Source of the DNA: Octopus sinensis
Taxonomy: Eukaryota
Length of the DNA: 64,000 nucleotides
Assembly (NCBI RefSeq): GCF_006345805.1
Contig: NC_043020.1
Span: 558,001-622,000, forward strand
Reading direction: 5' to 3'
Positions 63,110 to 64,000 of the stretch are shown here, piece after piece. Below the pieces are notes generated by a model. It was given only the letters and a program-made list of their open reading frames with translations, did not search any database and was not told the DNA's origin. How positions within the stretch are numbered: position 1 is the first letter of the stretch; every line of letters begins with the position of its first letter. The position numbers and the translations under genes were made by a program.

Positions 63110-63335
63110 TCCTCTTCGAAGCAGCAAGCTGGCTGATTCGTTAGCATGCCAGACAAAATGTTTAGAGGCATTTTGTCCATCTTTATGTTTTGAGTTCAAA
63201 TTCTGCTCAGGTTTAGTTTACCATTCATCTTCTGGGGTCAATAAAATAAGTACCAGTTGAGCACTGGGGTTGATGTAATCAACTTATCCCTCCCGCAAAA
63301 TTATTGACCTTGGGCCAAAATTTGAAACCAATGTC
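63110..63335 (+). mobile_element. Diverged SINE family B copy
   Basis: aagctggctgattcgttagcatgcc..tgagttcaaattctgc..ataaaataagtaccagttgagcactgggg. Confidence 0.72.
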
Positions 63336-63464
63336 ATGAGTGGGCTGAATCGTTAGCCCACTGGGCTAAATGCTTACCAACATTTTGTCCGTCTATCCCC
63401 GAAATTGCTGGCCTTGTGCTAAAATTTGAAGCCATTATTATCATTATTATTGTTATTATTAAGG

Positions 63465-63632
63465 CATCAAGCTGGCAGAATCGTTAACCTGCCAGGCGAA
63501 ATGCTTAGCAGTATTTTGTCTGCTGCTATGTTCTGAGTTCAAATTCCACTGAGGTCAACTTAGACTTTCATCCTTTGAAGGTCAAAAAATGAAGTACCAG
63601 TTGAACACTGGGGTCATTGTAATCAACACATC
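63465..63632 (+). mobile_element. Diverged SINE family B copy
   Basis: aaggcatcaagctggcagaatcgttaacc..ttctgagttcaaattccactgaggtcaac. Confidence 0.75.
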
Positions 63633-63637
63633 CCCTT

Positions 63638-63794
63638 AGTAGTGGCTGTGTGGTAAGTAGCTTGCTTACCAATTACATGGTTCCGGGTTCAGTCCCACTG
63701 CGTGGTACCTTGCGCAAGTGTCTTCTACTATAGCCTCAGGCCGACCAAAGCCTTGTGAGTGGATTTGGTAGACGGAAAGTAAAAGACGCCCGTC

Positions 63795-63831
<37 letters not shown>

Positions 63832-64000
63832 TGTGTGTGTGTATGTTTGTGTGTCTGTGTTTGTCCTCCCAACATCACTTGACAACCGATGCTGGTGTGC
63901 TTTCATCGCCATAACTTAGCGGTTTGGCAAAAGAGACCGATAGAATAAGTACTAGGCTTACAAAGAATATCTCCTGGGGTCGATTTGCTCGACTAAAGGC
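63638..64000 (+). mobile_element. SINE family A copy running off the window end
   Basis: agtggctgtgtggtaagtagcttgcttacc..ggggtcgatttgctcgactaaaggc. Confidence 0.9.

Overview
This is AT-rich, repeat-saturated eukaryotic DNA. The SINE repertoire and microsatellite load resemble an octopus/coleoid cephalopod genome (recalled, not database-checked). No prokaryotic operon, CRISPR array or intact autonomous transposon is present. Nearly all ORFs in the supplied track are translations of (TA)n/(CA)n/(TG)n tracts or SINE text. The window holds at least four SINE families (called A, B, C and V here), 5'-truncated RTE and CR1/L2 LINE remnants, Tc1/mariner relics, several MITE families and three Helitron-type elements. 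The best host-gene evidence is a cluster of 3-4 small, frame-consistent GT-AG exons on the minus strand at 24.7-25.2 kb, missed by the ORF track and of unknown product. The most unusual structures are (i) head-to-tail multimers of SINE B at three independent loci, joined at the same palindromic junction, and (ii) two long fold-back palindromes at 19.9-20.2 kb and 52.2-52.4 kb. I cannot demonstrate a new biological system from sequence alone; the SINE-B multimers are the best candidate for an undescribed mechanism. SINE boundaries are approximate (about +/-20 nt); TSD, TIR, junction and exon coordinates were counted by hand.
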